Shown here piece after piece: positions 36,380-49,600 of a stretch of DNA of 52,415 nucleotides. Each line of letters starts with the position of its first letter. The first letter of the stretch is position 1. A model generated the notes under the pieces. That model searched no databases. It had not been told where the DNA came from and saw only the letters and a program-made list of their open reading frames with translations. Location of the stretch: positions 72,273 to 124,687 of the forward strand of contig MQRK01235606.1 in NCBI GenBank assembly GCA_001938485.1, written 5' to 3'. Position numbers and translations under genes: made by a program. Source of the DNA: Girardia tigrina. Lineage: Eukaryota.

Positions 36380-39300
36380 TATATGTTTGTAAGATCAATT
36401 TTTTTTAATTTTTTAAATATTTGATTATAAATCATAGAAAAAGTTATTAAATATTAAAAGCAAATTTTGAGCTATTGAGTCTTAAGTGTTCTAAAATAAT
36501 AAAAAATCCTTCAGCCCTTTTTACATATTACGACAAGATATTGTAAAATCTTACAATTTATCCATCTCATTCCCAATAATCCCCACAAAATGACACAACA
36601 TGTCAAACAAAAGGTTCTCTAAAACTTTCTTAATCTTATCCATTATTCTTTTGTCATTATATATTATTTATCCTGTTCACTGTCTCTTTTACTCCATCAT
36701 AAATCTCCTGATTCGATTTCAATAAAAATTCAAGGGAAAGTGGATAGAATTAACAATTAGAAGATCCGGTGGACATAAAGACCGGTAATTGGATAATTGC
36801 GAAAGTTGATGAGCTGAAATGCTATTAAGCGAAATGTTGTTTTTAGTGAATTTTGTAACAATTTCACGCCCTACTTGTCAGCCACGTCAATTTACGAAAA
36901 CCGTGGATAATTTATATTGAAACGGTACAAATAAAGTTGACGAGCAATCAGTAGAAAACGCGCAGTCAGGAGAATAGTCTCGATTCATCGACATTTGATA
37001 TATGATTTGGTCATTTGTGATGATTTTTGACAACTACGAAAGGGGAACTGACAGACAAAAAGGTACATAAATATACCGACAGGGATCTATTTGTACAACC
37101 AACGTAAACAAAGCCTTTATTTGAGTTGAAAATAAATTAGTAATGATACATGTGCAATTAAATTTCGTTTACCTTTTTTTGACATTCCTACTTCGAGACA
37201 TCGGTTGAATCTGCAACTTTTGCAAAGGTTGCGGCTGCTGCTGCCAGTCAAGGAGCAGTCGTTGTAGCCGGTGATGCACGTCAGCGGCTGGTTGATGCTT
37301 TCCGTCCGTCTGAAAAACCCCTGAAACATTTTTTAAACCTTTAAAAACAAATAAACGAAAACGATTTTTTTTTCGTTTTTAAAATGAATAAATGAATAAT
37401 GTAATCATTTCAAATAATATTATTAATTTAGTTCGAAAATTCAGCGGTCATTACCCGAATATAACAAGTAACGAAAACAAATGTTTTATTAAAATAATTT
37501 TTTGGGACCCAAATTGGTACACGTTTTTTAACACTTGATATTTGATATAATCGTTATTCTTTTACTTAAAAGGTGCCTAAATAAATATTTATCTTCGAAA
37601 AATTGTTTTTTTTTCATTTAAAAGCATTCAATATTTGACCAAAGATAACTAAAATTTTTGAAACTTATATTAGGTTGATGCAAAAGAAATGTCGTTTTTA
37701 ATGTATTAAATATTCATTGTTAGAAATATTTAGAAAATCATTAATTAATAGATTCATATTTAAATCTACTTTAATGCTAGAAACTTTACTCTATATTTTG
37801 ATACCAGGTATAGCATTATTGTTGTTAATTTAAGGTGTATTTATTTTATTTTAGAAATGTTAGAAAAGAAGGAAATGAGAACAATTTATTCTGCGATTTC
37901 AAACTCGGTCGAAAAGTGACAGAAACGGCTCGGAATATTAACAATGTATATGGACAACGTACCACTAATTTACGATCAGTACAACGTTTTCTAAGTTTCG
38001 TAGTAGCAACGAGAGCTTTGAAGATGAAAAACACGGTAGTCGACCATCACAAGTTGACGACGACCATTTAAAGAAGTTAATTAATGCTGACCAGCATAAA
38101 AATTCACGAGAAGTCGCTCAAGAACTCAACGTTCACCAATCAACAGTTGTTCATCACCTGAAGAAAATTCGGAAAGTGAAAAAGCTGGACAAGTGGGTGC
38201 CGCACGAACTAAACGAAAATAAAAAAAATCGTCGTTTTAACATGTGTTCTTCTCTGCTTTTGCGTAATCAAAGCGACCCGTTTCTGGATCGAATTGTAAC
38301 GTGCGATGAAAAATGGATCCTATACGACAACCGGCGACGTACGGTTCAGTGGTTGGATTACAATGAGGCTCCAAAGCCTTTTCCTGAAGTCAAAATTACA
38401 CCAAAAAAAGTCATGGTAACTGTTTGGGGGTCTGCACACGGTTTAATCCATTACAGCTTCCTAAAACAAGACGAAACAATTATAGCGGAATAGTATCGTC
38501 AGGAAATTGACAAAATGTACCAAGAACTACAAAAAACGGCCGGCATTATTCAATAGAAAGGGGCCAATTCTTCTGCATGACAACACTCGTCTACGTGTTG
38601 CAAGAAAGACCGTGCTGAAGTTAAACGAACTGGGATATGAAACTTTACCTCATCCATCGTACTCACGAGACCTTTCTCCTACAGACTATCACCTTTTCAA
38701 ACATTTCAACCAGTTTCTTCACGAAAATGCTTCAGAAACCAAGGAGATGCTGAAAAAGCCTAGGATGACTTCATCGCCTTCAGAACTCCAGAATTTTATG
38801 AAACTGGATTAAAAAAAACTTGTTATCCGTTGGTAACAGTGTGTTCAATGAAATGGTTTTTATTTTGACTTATAAAGTTAATTCTAAAGAAAGTTATGTT
38901 CATTTAAAGTTGACGGTTAAAAATCGACATTTCTTTTGCATCAACTTAATAAAAGTTAGTGCTTTTGAAAAGGTTGAAGGTTGTTTAGAAGGGTAATTTG
39001 AATTTAATATATAATTCGAAATGATAGTAATCTTAAACCTCTCAAAGAATCAAATATGAAGCCAGCCATATAAGTTTTAGTTGTTTCATCCTGATTGACT
39101 AAAGGAGCCATTATATAAGATAAGCAAGGTCCTTAAAAAGGTGTATGAGAGAGGGGATCTACATTTTATAGTGGATTTAACAAAAAAAATGACCAATTGT
39201 AACTAGTGGAAAGACGTGAATGTGGTATTTAAATATTAAATGCAGAAAACAAGGGTCATAAAAAACGTAATCATAAATTTATTTTCTTTAACAAACAAGT

Positions 39301-42300
39301 TTTAAAGGTGTATCAGCATTATTTTGGTTTTATTAAATTAGTTTTTGTCATTTTACACAGTGCAGAATTCAGAAACTGTATTTGGAAAGTGTTACTTGGA
39401 AAGGTCAATTGGCGAGACTAGTTCTGTTGCTGGTGAAGAAAATCCATTTAGGCTAAAGTCAAACAATAGTTTAACCATTTTAAGATGATAGAACATCTGT
39501 TTTTGATGAAGAAAAATCAGAATGGAAAAGTAAAATTGACTGCGATATATGGAAAAAACTCGAGCAATTTGGGTAGAGTGAACAACAAAAAAGCACCGGA
39601 GAACTAACAATACACTTAAATGCTTGACAAATGTACTCCGCAGTCATTATTTACTCCAACTGGTAGTTTTAAACTGTGTTCCTACAATTTTCTGCGACTG
39701 TAATTGCATAGATGTAAGATTGACGATTGATTTACTGTGAGGAGAACTTGAATCTCTGTTCACGGGTAGTAGACCGTGTCCAGAAGAATATTATAACTGG
39801 GGATGAAATAACTTTTGATTTTCATGAACCCGAATTGAGACATGGGTCTCAAAATTAAAAGCTGACTTTGGAAAAAGATGCGGGCGTTTGTATATCAAAA
39901 AAGTTGTCATGCTAACCAATTTTTAGATACCAAAAAAGTAATCCTCCTCGAGTTTGCTGAGACAAGTGCTAGTATCTACAACGAGGAATAATTTATTCTC
40001 GTACAACAGACTAAAATAATAATAATGAAGAACAGAACAAACTTTTGTAACTTGTACTATTTGAATGATAATGCATCCATTCATAGTATTGTTTCTTTAC
40101 CAATCCTAAAGGTTTTTGCAAAAAAAGGCATCAGAAAAACATTTAGATCTTTATTATATGTTGGAAAATGTGATGACTTGCTTGCTATGGAAAATAAATT
40201 ATGTTTTCTATTGTAGGTTCCCTACTTATTTGATGCACGATATACGGCGAGTTAGTCATAGTTAGAAAAACATTTTCTGTTTCTCAATCAAAAAGAGGTA
40301 ATTTTGCTGCGAGAGAAAGCTAAATATTCTTCTACAAAAATGGCTCAAGAACAAATTAGACAGTTTTTATGGCGACTCCAACAGCATTTTTCATACTCTC
40401 CGGATATTAAGCCTAAATATTAATTTTGTTTATTGTTGATATTGATAACGAAGATTTTGTAAATTCTTTCCAAAGAATTATATTTAATTAATTAGCAGAT
40501 ATCTTTTTTAATAGTTTCGAAATCTAAATATTATTTGAGATGAGGAATGTTTTGAAAAAACTTTATAAAACACTTACTTTACATCCTTCACAAGTTAAAG
40601 CTCCAAAATGGAAACCAGATGACTTTCCTCCACAAACTCTGCATGGAATCCTTGAGATATCAAATTTAGAATTATTGTTGTTTGGGTCTAAAAAATAGTG
40701 AAATGATTGACGAAATTATGAAATATTTATTTTATTTTTATATATTTAAATAATGATAACAATTTTGAAAATTGATAAACAACTTTGTTAAATAATTATT
40801 GATAAGCTTCAATCTGGATGACTTTCTTTTGTTAAAAACAAAATTCATTCATTAAAAAAATATATATTTAGAGACAATATATTTGGAAGGATCAACCGTC
40901 ATCTCAAGGTCACTGATTAATAATATAATTCACCCGTGTAAAATGCAAAAATAATGATTATGTAATCGATTGCGCAAACATTATTTTTGAATTATAATTT
41001 TATAATAACAAAAGAAATAAAATAATTCGCTCTATAATAATTTTCTAAAAATGGAAAATAAATAATGAAATGTTATTACATTTACGATATGTTTCGTTCA
41101 AAATCGAACGTCTTCAGAGGCTTGGTCCATTGGGAGAACTCAAAGTTTCAACAAAAAGTATAAGCGGTTAGTCTGTATTAAATTACAGAAATTATCAAAA
41201 TAATCCTTGACAATATATGTACACATAAAATCATTTTTGAAATTCATATTATAATTTATTCCTTATTTAACAACATATATGTGAAAAATAAAAGTAATTT
41301 AAAATTGGTAGGTTTCAGAAAAATGTATTTAAGATATTGAAACTTGTACATGAATTGAACAGCAATCCATTTTTAAGATACAAAACTTTAAATACAATAA
41401 CTTTCACATTGTTTTTTAGTCCAATTTTTATTTTGGGACCCCAGTTACGAGGATTGACAAGATGGGAGACATAAAATGTTAAATAAATTAAGCTAAATAA
41501 GTCAGCACTAAATAAATTAAGTTAAAATTTAAGTTAAATTAAAATTTAACGATGAATCAGTGGACAAGACAATCGTCACACTATTTTTATTGATATTATT
41601 TTTTTGAATTACATTTACGGCCAAAACATCAATTTACTGTACCACAAGTGATCCCTAGGGGTAGAGCCGTAGTAAGGAAAAATTGCGCCCTGTACGAAGT
41701 TCAAATCTGGCGCCCCCAGCGCGAAAAAGATTCACTACTACAAATTATGCCTTAAAAGAATTAAATTGACTTTGGACGTTCGTATTCCCATGCTCTATGA
41801 CGCAGCATTGATGCTTAAGCCTTACATCGCCTAGCTATAAGAAAATATCAATTTATTCGGATAAATTCATGGATGCTTTGCCATTAAACAAAAAAGACTA
41901 CTATAATTATTATTATAAAGTAATTAGCCTACAGAGATCTGATCAGTCAAAATTGGTCATTTTGCGATTTTGGCGCCTGGTGCGGCCGCACCGCTCGCAC
42001 CGCCCTCACTACGGTTCTGCCTAGGGGTACTTTAAGGTGCCACTTGTAAGATTTAATAATTAATGATTAATAATAAAAAAATTCTCAAAATTTGTGCAAA
42101 AAATAAATTAATTAATGCATACAATTTTACTTTTAATCATTCAAATTTATCGTAAAATTTGTATTAATATGTGAAGTTTAAATACTGACATAAAATTGTT
42201 ATACGATTCTCATAATATTATTTATATATTTTATTATCATTCAGATCATGAATGAAACAATCAATCCGTTTATTTTGACCTGAAATAAATCCATTATTAA

Positions 42301-45300
42301 AATTTTAAAACCAATTTTCAATAAAAAAATAACGAAAAAATCTGATGAAAATTGCAACAAAATTATTATTTTAGTCAATTTGAAATGCAGTAAATCTATC
42401 ATATTCGATACATTGAAGTTTTTATCAAAACAACTTATAGGTTCCATTAAGACTTTTACACAATATAACTGTTTAAAACTAAACTACAATTTGAATTAAA
42501 ATAAATTAAATTAAATTAAATTAAATTACTGACGTTGAAGAGCCATCCCAATAGTGATACACTTTTTGAACCGGCACGACTGGCACTTGATCCGGCCGGT
42601 CTTCAGCTGGGCGCACTGCCCATCCGTCGGACAGGGGATCGTGAATTTCGTGCAGTTTAAATTGTGCCTCATGAAAAATTTCTAAATCATAAATACTATT
42701 TTTAATGAAATTAATTTATATTTTAAATAAATTTCTTTCTAAATTTAATGTTCCATTTTGTAATAATTATAACAATTAGCGGAGATTATTACACCGGAAA
42801 TAACTATATTTGTGTGACTACCGTTTAGGCTGTTTACGAGTGTCATCGAATTAGGACCTGTGAACTTTACTGATGGACGGCATAAACAAAGTTTACGGTA
42901 GGTAGAAAGTTTAAGATATGAGGACTTTTGGAATGTGATCAGTGCGATTGTTTCTATATCGAAATTCAATAAAAAAAAGATTAATTTATTTGAGGTGGAA
43001 AAAATCTAGTTGAATTTTTAACGATAGAAAGTTATATTTTATATTATTTGTTAAGAGTCTTCCTTTGAGGATATTAATCTATAACAATTGTCCTTGTAAA
43101 GGACCCTGTGTTAGGGTTCCTGTGTTCGTGGTCTTATATTTTATATATTTCAATTTATATACGGAAATAGTAAAAAGAGATTGACCAGTAGATCCCATCT
43201 GAAACCCAAAGGATTTAGAAATATGGAAATAAAAAAAACATACAATAATAATAAAGAGAATGAGAAGATTAAAATTAAAAAATATTTATTTTATTTAAAT
43301 ATGATGTTTCAAAGCGATTATTATATAAAAAATGTGAATTATCAAGACTAGGTACTTTTCTATGATTTATTTTTCAACTAGATATTCAATTATTCCATTA
43401 TCATAAAAAAGACAGGTCCATAGCTTTTCAGCTATTTCATGGATATTGTCTTTTTTGCTAATGGAGATCTCAAATGTATTTATTATTTTGATTACTGCTT
43501 GGCCTCACGGACATAAAAAGAGCTTCACACTTCTCCTGTTGTAACAAATCATTGGAAAAGATCAGTTTTTTATCAGTGAAAACAGTCTGGACTCTTGATA
43601 AAAATTTTCATTGTCTGAAGGGGTCAATATACTCAGCATTGGCGTACAGGGTAGTGAATCATAGACTCTATCGTATAGAAACCATTTGACAAATGCAAAG
43701 TTTTCTAATCCTCTCACACGGCTTCAGATGCAAGAGTGCGAGCTCTCAATGCACGGGCACACTTCGGCTTCCCTCTGAGAAATGACCAGTCATGTTCCTT
43801 CGTTCCATGATTCTGGAGACTTCTGGCTGTATAAACGCACTTAGTGCAACGGGGAAATGGGCAATGAAACATTCCCTTATCCGTTATATTATCCAGCGGA
43901 AAATTCAGCACCACACTAGGGATTACTCTTGGACAGTCATCATCAGTTACACCAACAGACACTGGCATATCATGTTCCGCATTTAAGTTCAAAGGTCCAG
44001 TACGTCTTTCTGTTTCATCTCTTTGTACTACTTGGATGTTCGTAGTACCATTACCTTGGGTTCGATGATCAGTTAATAAATGCCGTTGTAGCCATCCACT
44101 AATTTTATAAGTTTTGTGGCAGTTCTCCATGGTACATATGAATGAACCACCACTTCTCTGTATCGTCGGCACCGTGGCCAGATGCACATTCTTAATGTGT
44201 CTTGTGAGTTCCTTCTGCTCAGCAAATTCTTTAAAGCAAGAAGGGGATGTGGAAGCTAATATTTTGATGCGCAGCTGAAGCATTTTCGGATATTCTTTCT
44301 CGAGTTCGATTACCTCTTTCAGTCGCTCAGATATGGTTCCTTTGATCAGGTGTTTAAATTCCTCATCATTGTCGAGAAGCCCTCTTTCGTTTAGGCTTTC
44401 CCTGTCTTCTGCCAAATCTGCCGGATCGTTGAATATCCAGGGCACATCGTGAGCAATGCGCTCTCTCATCAGTTACTTTTACGGCCGCTGATTCTGTGAT
44501 TTTCTGAGGCAATCTCAGAGTTTAGAACTCTTCGAACCTCAGTTACACCCTTCCGTGAATTTTATTCATAGAATACTACGCCTCTTTTGGCTAGAATTAC
44601 TATTGCCCAAGTCAGTCCAATCGTCATGTCCTTATTCAGGATCCTGTCGAGTTTGATCTTCTTGAGAGCTGTCCTCATGCAGCAGTTATGGAAGGCTTGT
44701 AACCGTGTAACGTCCTTCTAACTCGTTGCCCAGCACTTACTATCATAATAGACCACAGGGAAAATACTAGTCTCAATCAGTTTTCTCTTCAATACTATTG
44801 GGACGCGGTTACTCTGAATTGCAGGTTGCAATTCTTTAAGCTTCCGCATTCCATTTCGTATTCGTTGACTAATATCCCGATTGTAGTTACCACTAGTGGT
44901 CAATGTACTTCCGATATAACAAAATTCTTTCACCCATTCTATGACTTTCTCACCACATTTGACTTGCGATATTACAAAGCCTGATTCGTCAGTAAGGCAC
45001 ATGACTTTTGTCTTAGTAGCACTTATTGTCAGTCCAAACTACATAAATGTGCTTCTTAGTATATGTAGGTTTTTACAGGCTCGATCAATATCAGAGTCGA
45101 TGATACTGAGGTCATCTGCATATGCAAATATGTTCACTTGATATTCAGTGCCTTGATCATCGATCAGGGCGACACCTCCACCAAATCCTTTCAGTATAGC
45201 CGTTTTGATCATTTAATCGAAGATCAAGTTGAAAAAACTAGGTCCCATCACACATCCCTGCCTAACACCTATTTCCATGGGAAAATTACTGTTTCCTACA

Positions 45301-46614
45301 GTCGCAATGAAATTCTTTGATAAGACAGAAAATCTTGTCGGTTAAGCTGAATCTTTTCAGGCAAGTCCACAGAACTTCGCGCAGGACAATGTCAAACGCG
45401 TTTTCCAAATCAATGAAGATCACATATAACTTCTGGTTTCTGTATCGACCTTCTTCCTTTATACGCCTGAGTATACTAATGGCCTGCAACGTGCCTCTTT
45501 TCGGTCTAAAACCAATTGCCAGGGATCTAATCTTTTTTCCATCGCCGATAGGATTCTATTTACAATGATTCGCGCAAAAACCTTATCAGTAAATTATAAG
45601 AGACAGATACCCCTATAGTTGTTCGAGTCGGATCTTCTACCTTTTCCTTTGAATAATGTCACCACTTTAGCGCTTCTCCAAGCCGATGGAAATTCATGAA
45701 CACCATTCCATATCAGTTCAAAATCAAGCTTCAGTTTGTCAGCGAGTGGTTGCCCACCCCACTTTTGTCGTAAGTTTTTCAACCTTAATTTAAGATTTAA
45801 AATGATCTTTATTTTCGATACTGATATCATGCACAGTTTAAGAAGGTTCTGTATGATCATATATTGGTTTTTTTTAATAATTTCAGTTTTTAATATTCTA
45901 CTGGAAGGGTTATCATATTGACCCGTACTACGTTGCTTATATGGTGGTCACTCACTTATGTACTTTATTCATTTTACAAATCTATAACAAACTAAACGGA
46001 ATGAGAAAAAAAGAAAAGAAGTTTTATCATTAAATCACAGTGGAAAATAGAAATATGACTGAAGAGATCAACGAATAAATATGTTATTTTGTTAAAAGAA
46101 TACGCTTTTAACAGGAACTGATGCTGTAATCTGTATTTTGTTTCGCCAACTTATAGAGAACCAACGAAAAAATAATCATCTAAATATGAGATAAATATGA
46201 AAAAGTAAAGGAACAACATAAAAATCCAAACTTAACTTAAATTTGGTTCTGTTAAGAAGCTATTCAATGTAAGATATAAAAACGCTTTTTCCCTCAAAAA
46301 ACATTTGTAAAACCAAAACAACAAAACAAACAATTTTAGTTATAATCTTTTCTAACAGTCTCAAAAATTGTTGAAAAGAATTTTAATCCCTCTTCTAATT
46401 TATGTTCCGATTTAAATATTTTAACTTTGCTTAAAATGTTCCATGATTAACTTCATCTTTACGGGGATATGACTTTTTTATATAAAACAGTTGTCAAAGT
46501 TTTTGTATTATTTATAATAGTTATATATAAATATATAGTACGAAAAAATAAGAAACAACAACACTTTTAATAAAACTAAGATTACAAAATTATCACATCT
46601 TCGTCCTCTATTGT

Positions 46615-46645
<31 letters not shown>

Positions 46646-49600
46646 TTGAAGTTTTTCCCTTTAAGGTTTTATATTTATCCTAAGTATGATATAAATATGA
46701 AAATTTGGCAAAATCTAAATTAATGGTTCATAAAGACGTTAAATATTTTTAGTAAATTAAAATATTTTTCGAACCAAATTTTTAATCACATATGCTACCT
46801 TATATTAGATCTTCATATTAGATCTTTGAAAATTAAACCTACAGTAAACTTGGAAAAGGGTCAATAGTAATGAATGAGGAGAACAAATGTATCATTTATA
46901 AATAAAATATTTAATTTTGCCTTGACTTGGAGGTTGTTAAGATCAAACCAAAATTCTCAGTGACAAATATTGAAATCTCAGAACTTTATTTGACACTAAG
47001 TGTTTTCATAACAAAGTAAGAACAGTATTCAGAAGCTATAATTGATCTAAAAATGAACTTATCTAAGTTGCAATATTATCGTTTGGAGATATAGTACTGC
47101 ATAAAATAGGAATAGTTTCGGATCAATATATAGCAACAGGTCACTAACGGAAAGGTTTGTATATGTACACGTGTAGGAAAAGTTGTCCGGAGATATAATG
47201 TCAAGTTACTGTGTGGTTTGTAAAGTTTTAATGATTCGCATCGATATATATATAACGGATATCGCCAAATAGTATCACTAAAATTTTTTTAAGTTGGTTA
47301 TACTATTTGGGTCGTGATACTATTTGGTGCTTTCAATTCCCATTAACAAAAATATCAAAATATAAATAAAAAAGAAAACAAATATCAATAATACTTTATT
47401 CATTAACGACATCCAAACATTCTACATCACCATTATCATCTAAACAGTCTACATCCTGATAATCTAAATCTTCCCCGGACATAGACTCATAGGGAAATTG
47501 TTCAATCTGGTTTGAAACAGCCCAAGCCTCGCAAAACTTGCTACCATTCATTGATGGTTTTTTATTAGAAAGTTTATCTTTGTTTCTAAACCACTGTTGA
47601 AACATAGAATGATCATATATTTCCATGTTTTTAACTTCGAAATGCCGTTTAGCAGCATAACACGTTTTGCCTTGCAACATAAACTCGATTACTTCTTTTT
47701 TGAAAGCGATTGTAAACGATCGTTTGACCATAAGAATTTTTAAAATGGAATATTTTTTAAAACAATTTAATTAAATGATTTTAAAAATTAATGATTTTTT
47801 TTCAAGTGATTTTTAAAAACTTAAATAGTGATACTAATAGGGTCGTGATACTATTTAAATAGTATCACTAATAATTTTTTAAATTGGTGATATTATTTGG
47901 GCCGTGATACTATATTGGTTGGTGATACTAATTGGCGATATCCGTTGTATCTATGAATGTTGCGCACACAAAAATATTTGAATAATAATTGTTAAAGATT
48001 TTTTGAGAAATTGATTATTGAACGTGTTTTGAAGTTTAATATTCCATCACCAGCAATTAGAATTTAATTTAAAAGAAGAAGATTTAAAATTAAATATTAT
48101 AAATAATTTGAATTAAATATTATATTGGATTAAGTATCAGTTTTGAGTGTTTAGAGTTGGATTTTTGAAGCAAAATATTATTACATTTACGTATTTAAAA
48201 TTAAAAGTAATTATTGAAAGATTTTTTTGTTTTGTTTCTTTTTCTTATTCACAGTTTCGTTCGGTCTCTTTTATTTTTAAATTTCATTCATTTGAATCTT
48301 TTATATCCTTCATGTGATTTTAAGATAAACTTGACATAAAAAATTTTATAAATAAAAATTTAGGTACCCAAACTAACATGTTATTTGTTCACAAAATTCG
48401 AAATTCCTTTTACAATGTCCATCAAGATTACGATATATTCCGAAAAAGAAGATAATGAAAGACTAAAACATTATATCTTTAAAATGTATACTTGAAAATC
48501 TCTTTAAGAAGTAAAATAGAAATACAAAATAAGGTTTGATAAAATTAAATAAATAATTATATTTAGTAAAAAAATAAAAGTGAATTACTTTTGTTCTTTT
48601 TAAAACCGAAACATTTCATTTCTTTTCTAACGGTAAAATTTTGGTACAATCAATTTTATAAAAAAAAGAAATATTTTTTATCATTTTATTTTATTATATT
48701 TTGCTTTTCATATTTTAATAATTTATTAATTATTTTTATACTTTTTATTTTTAATAATAATATTCTGAAGAGGTATTTATACTGATTCAGGCCTCAAAGT
48801 TCGTCTTGTTCAATTTGTCACTTACAAATTTGACTAGTTTTTTAAAATCATTCTTTGAAGAGATCAAAAGGTTAAAGGTCATTAAATATTGTATGGAACT
48901 TTACTATTCACATTTAAAATATTAAAGAATTTGTATTTTAAATATTTTGAAACTTTTCCGAAGATGGGGACCGTTAATTAAAATCTCAGTTCAAAGCGTT
49001 GAAGACCAATTATGTAAAAGAATGATATTTATTTTTCTGATGGAGAAAATCTACAAACAACAGATTGATGTTTTAGATCTTCTTCTAAAAACAATGATAT
49101 TCCAAGATTAAAAACATAAAGATATATGATAAAAGTGTATTAATTATAACAAATTAAACAGAAGGACAAAAAAGAAAGAGTTTTATCAGTAAATCACAAT
49201 GGAAAATAGAAATATGATTTATGGAATCAACGAATAAATACTTAACTTTGCGAATAGAATACGCTTTTAACAAGAACTTGGTCTTGAAGTCAGTGAGATA
49301 CACCTATCCCCCGATTTACGCGGTACTTGTTTTACACGTTTTCGCTTTTACACGATTTACTCGAATCTATCGAAGTATTTCAAGCACATAAAGACTTTTT
49401 ACAGAGTCGCTTTTAAAGCAAGATGTTTTGGAATAAATGTTATTTTAAAAAGGTCTTCTTGTTATTTAAATGTTAAAATCTCTTAAAAAATTAATATAAA
49501 TATTATTGAAATATAAAAAATATAATATAACCTAAAAAATAATTCTTACTTTACATAATAACACATTAAAATTTCCATAAAATCGCTGCTTGGCTCAATA

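Noticed and set aside
19024-37172. A third DBD or extra receptor exons in the 18-kb intron
   Set aside because: No further C4 finger exon was found, and exon 6 joins exon 7 cleanly as [14 protein letters not shown].
46021-49277. Two ~100-bp related segments (46021-46118 and 49180-49277), one containing CTGAAGA
   Set aside because: An ordinary dispersed repeat; no stem II or GAAA, so not a hammerhead.
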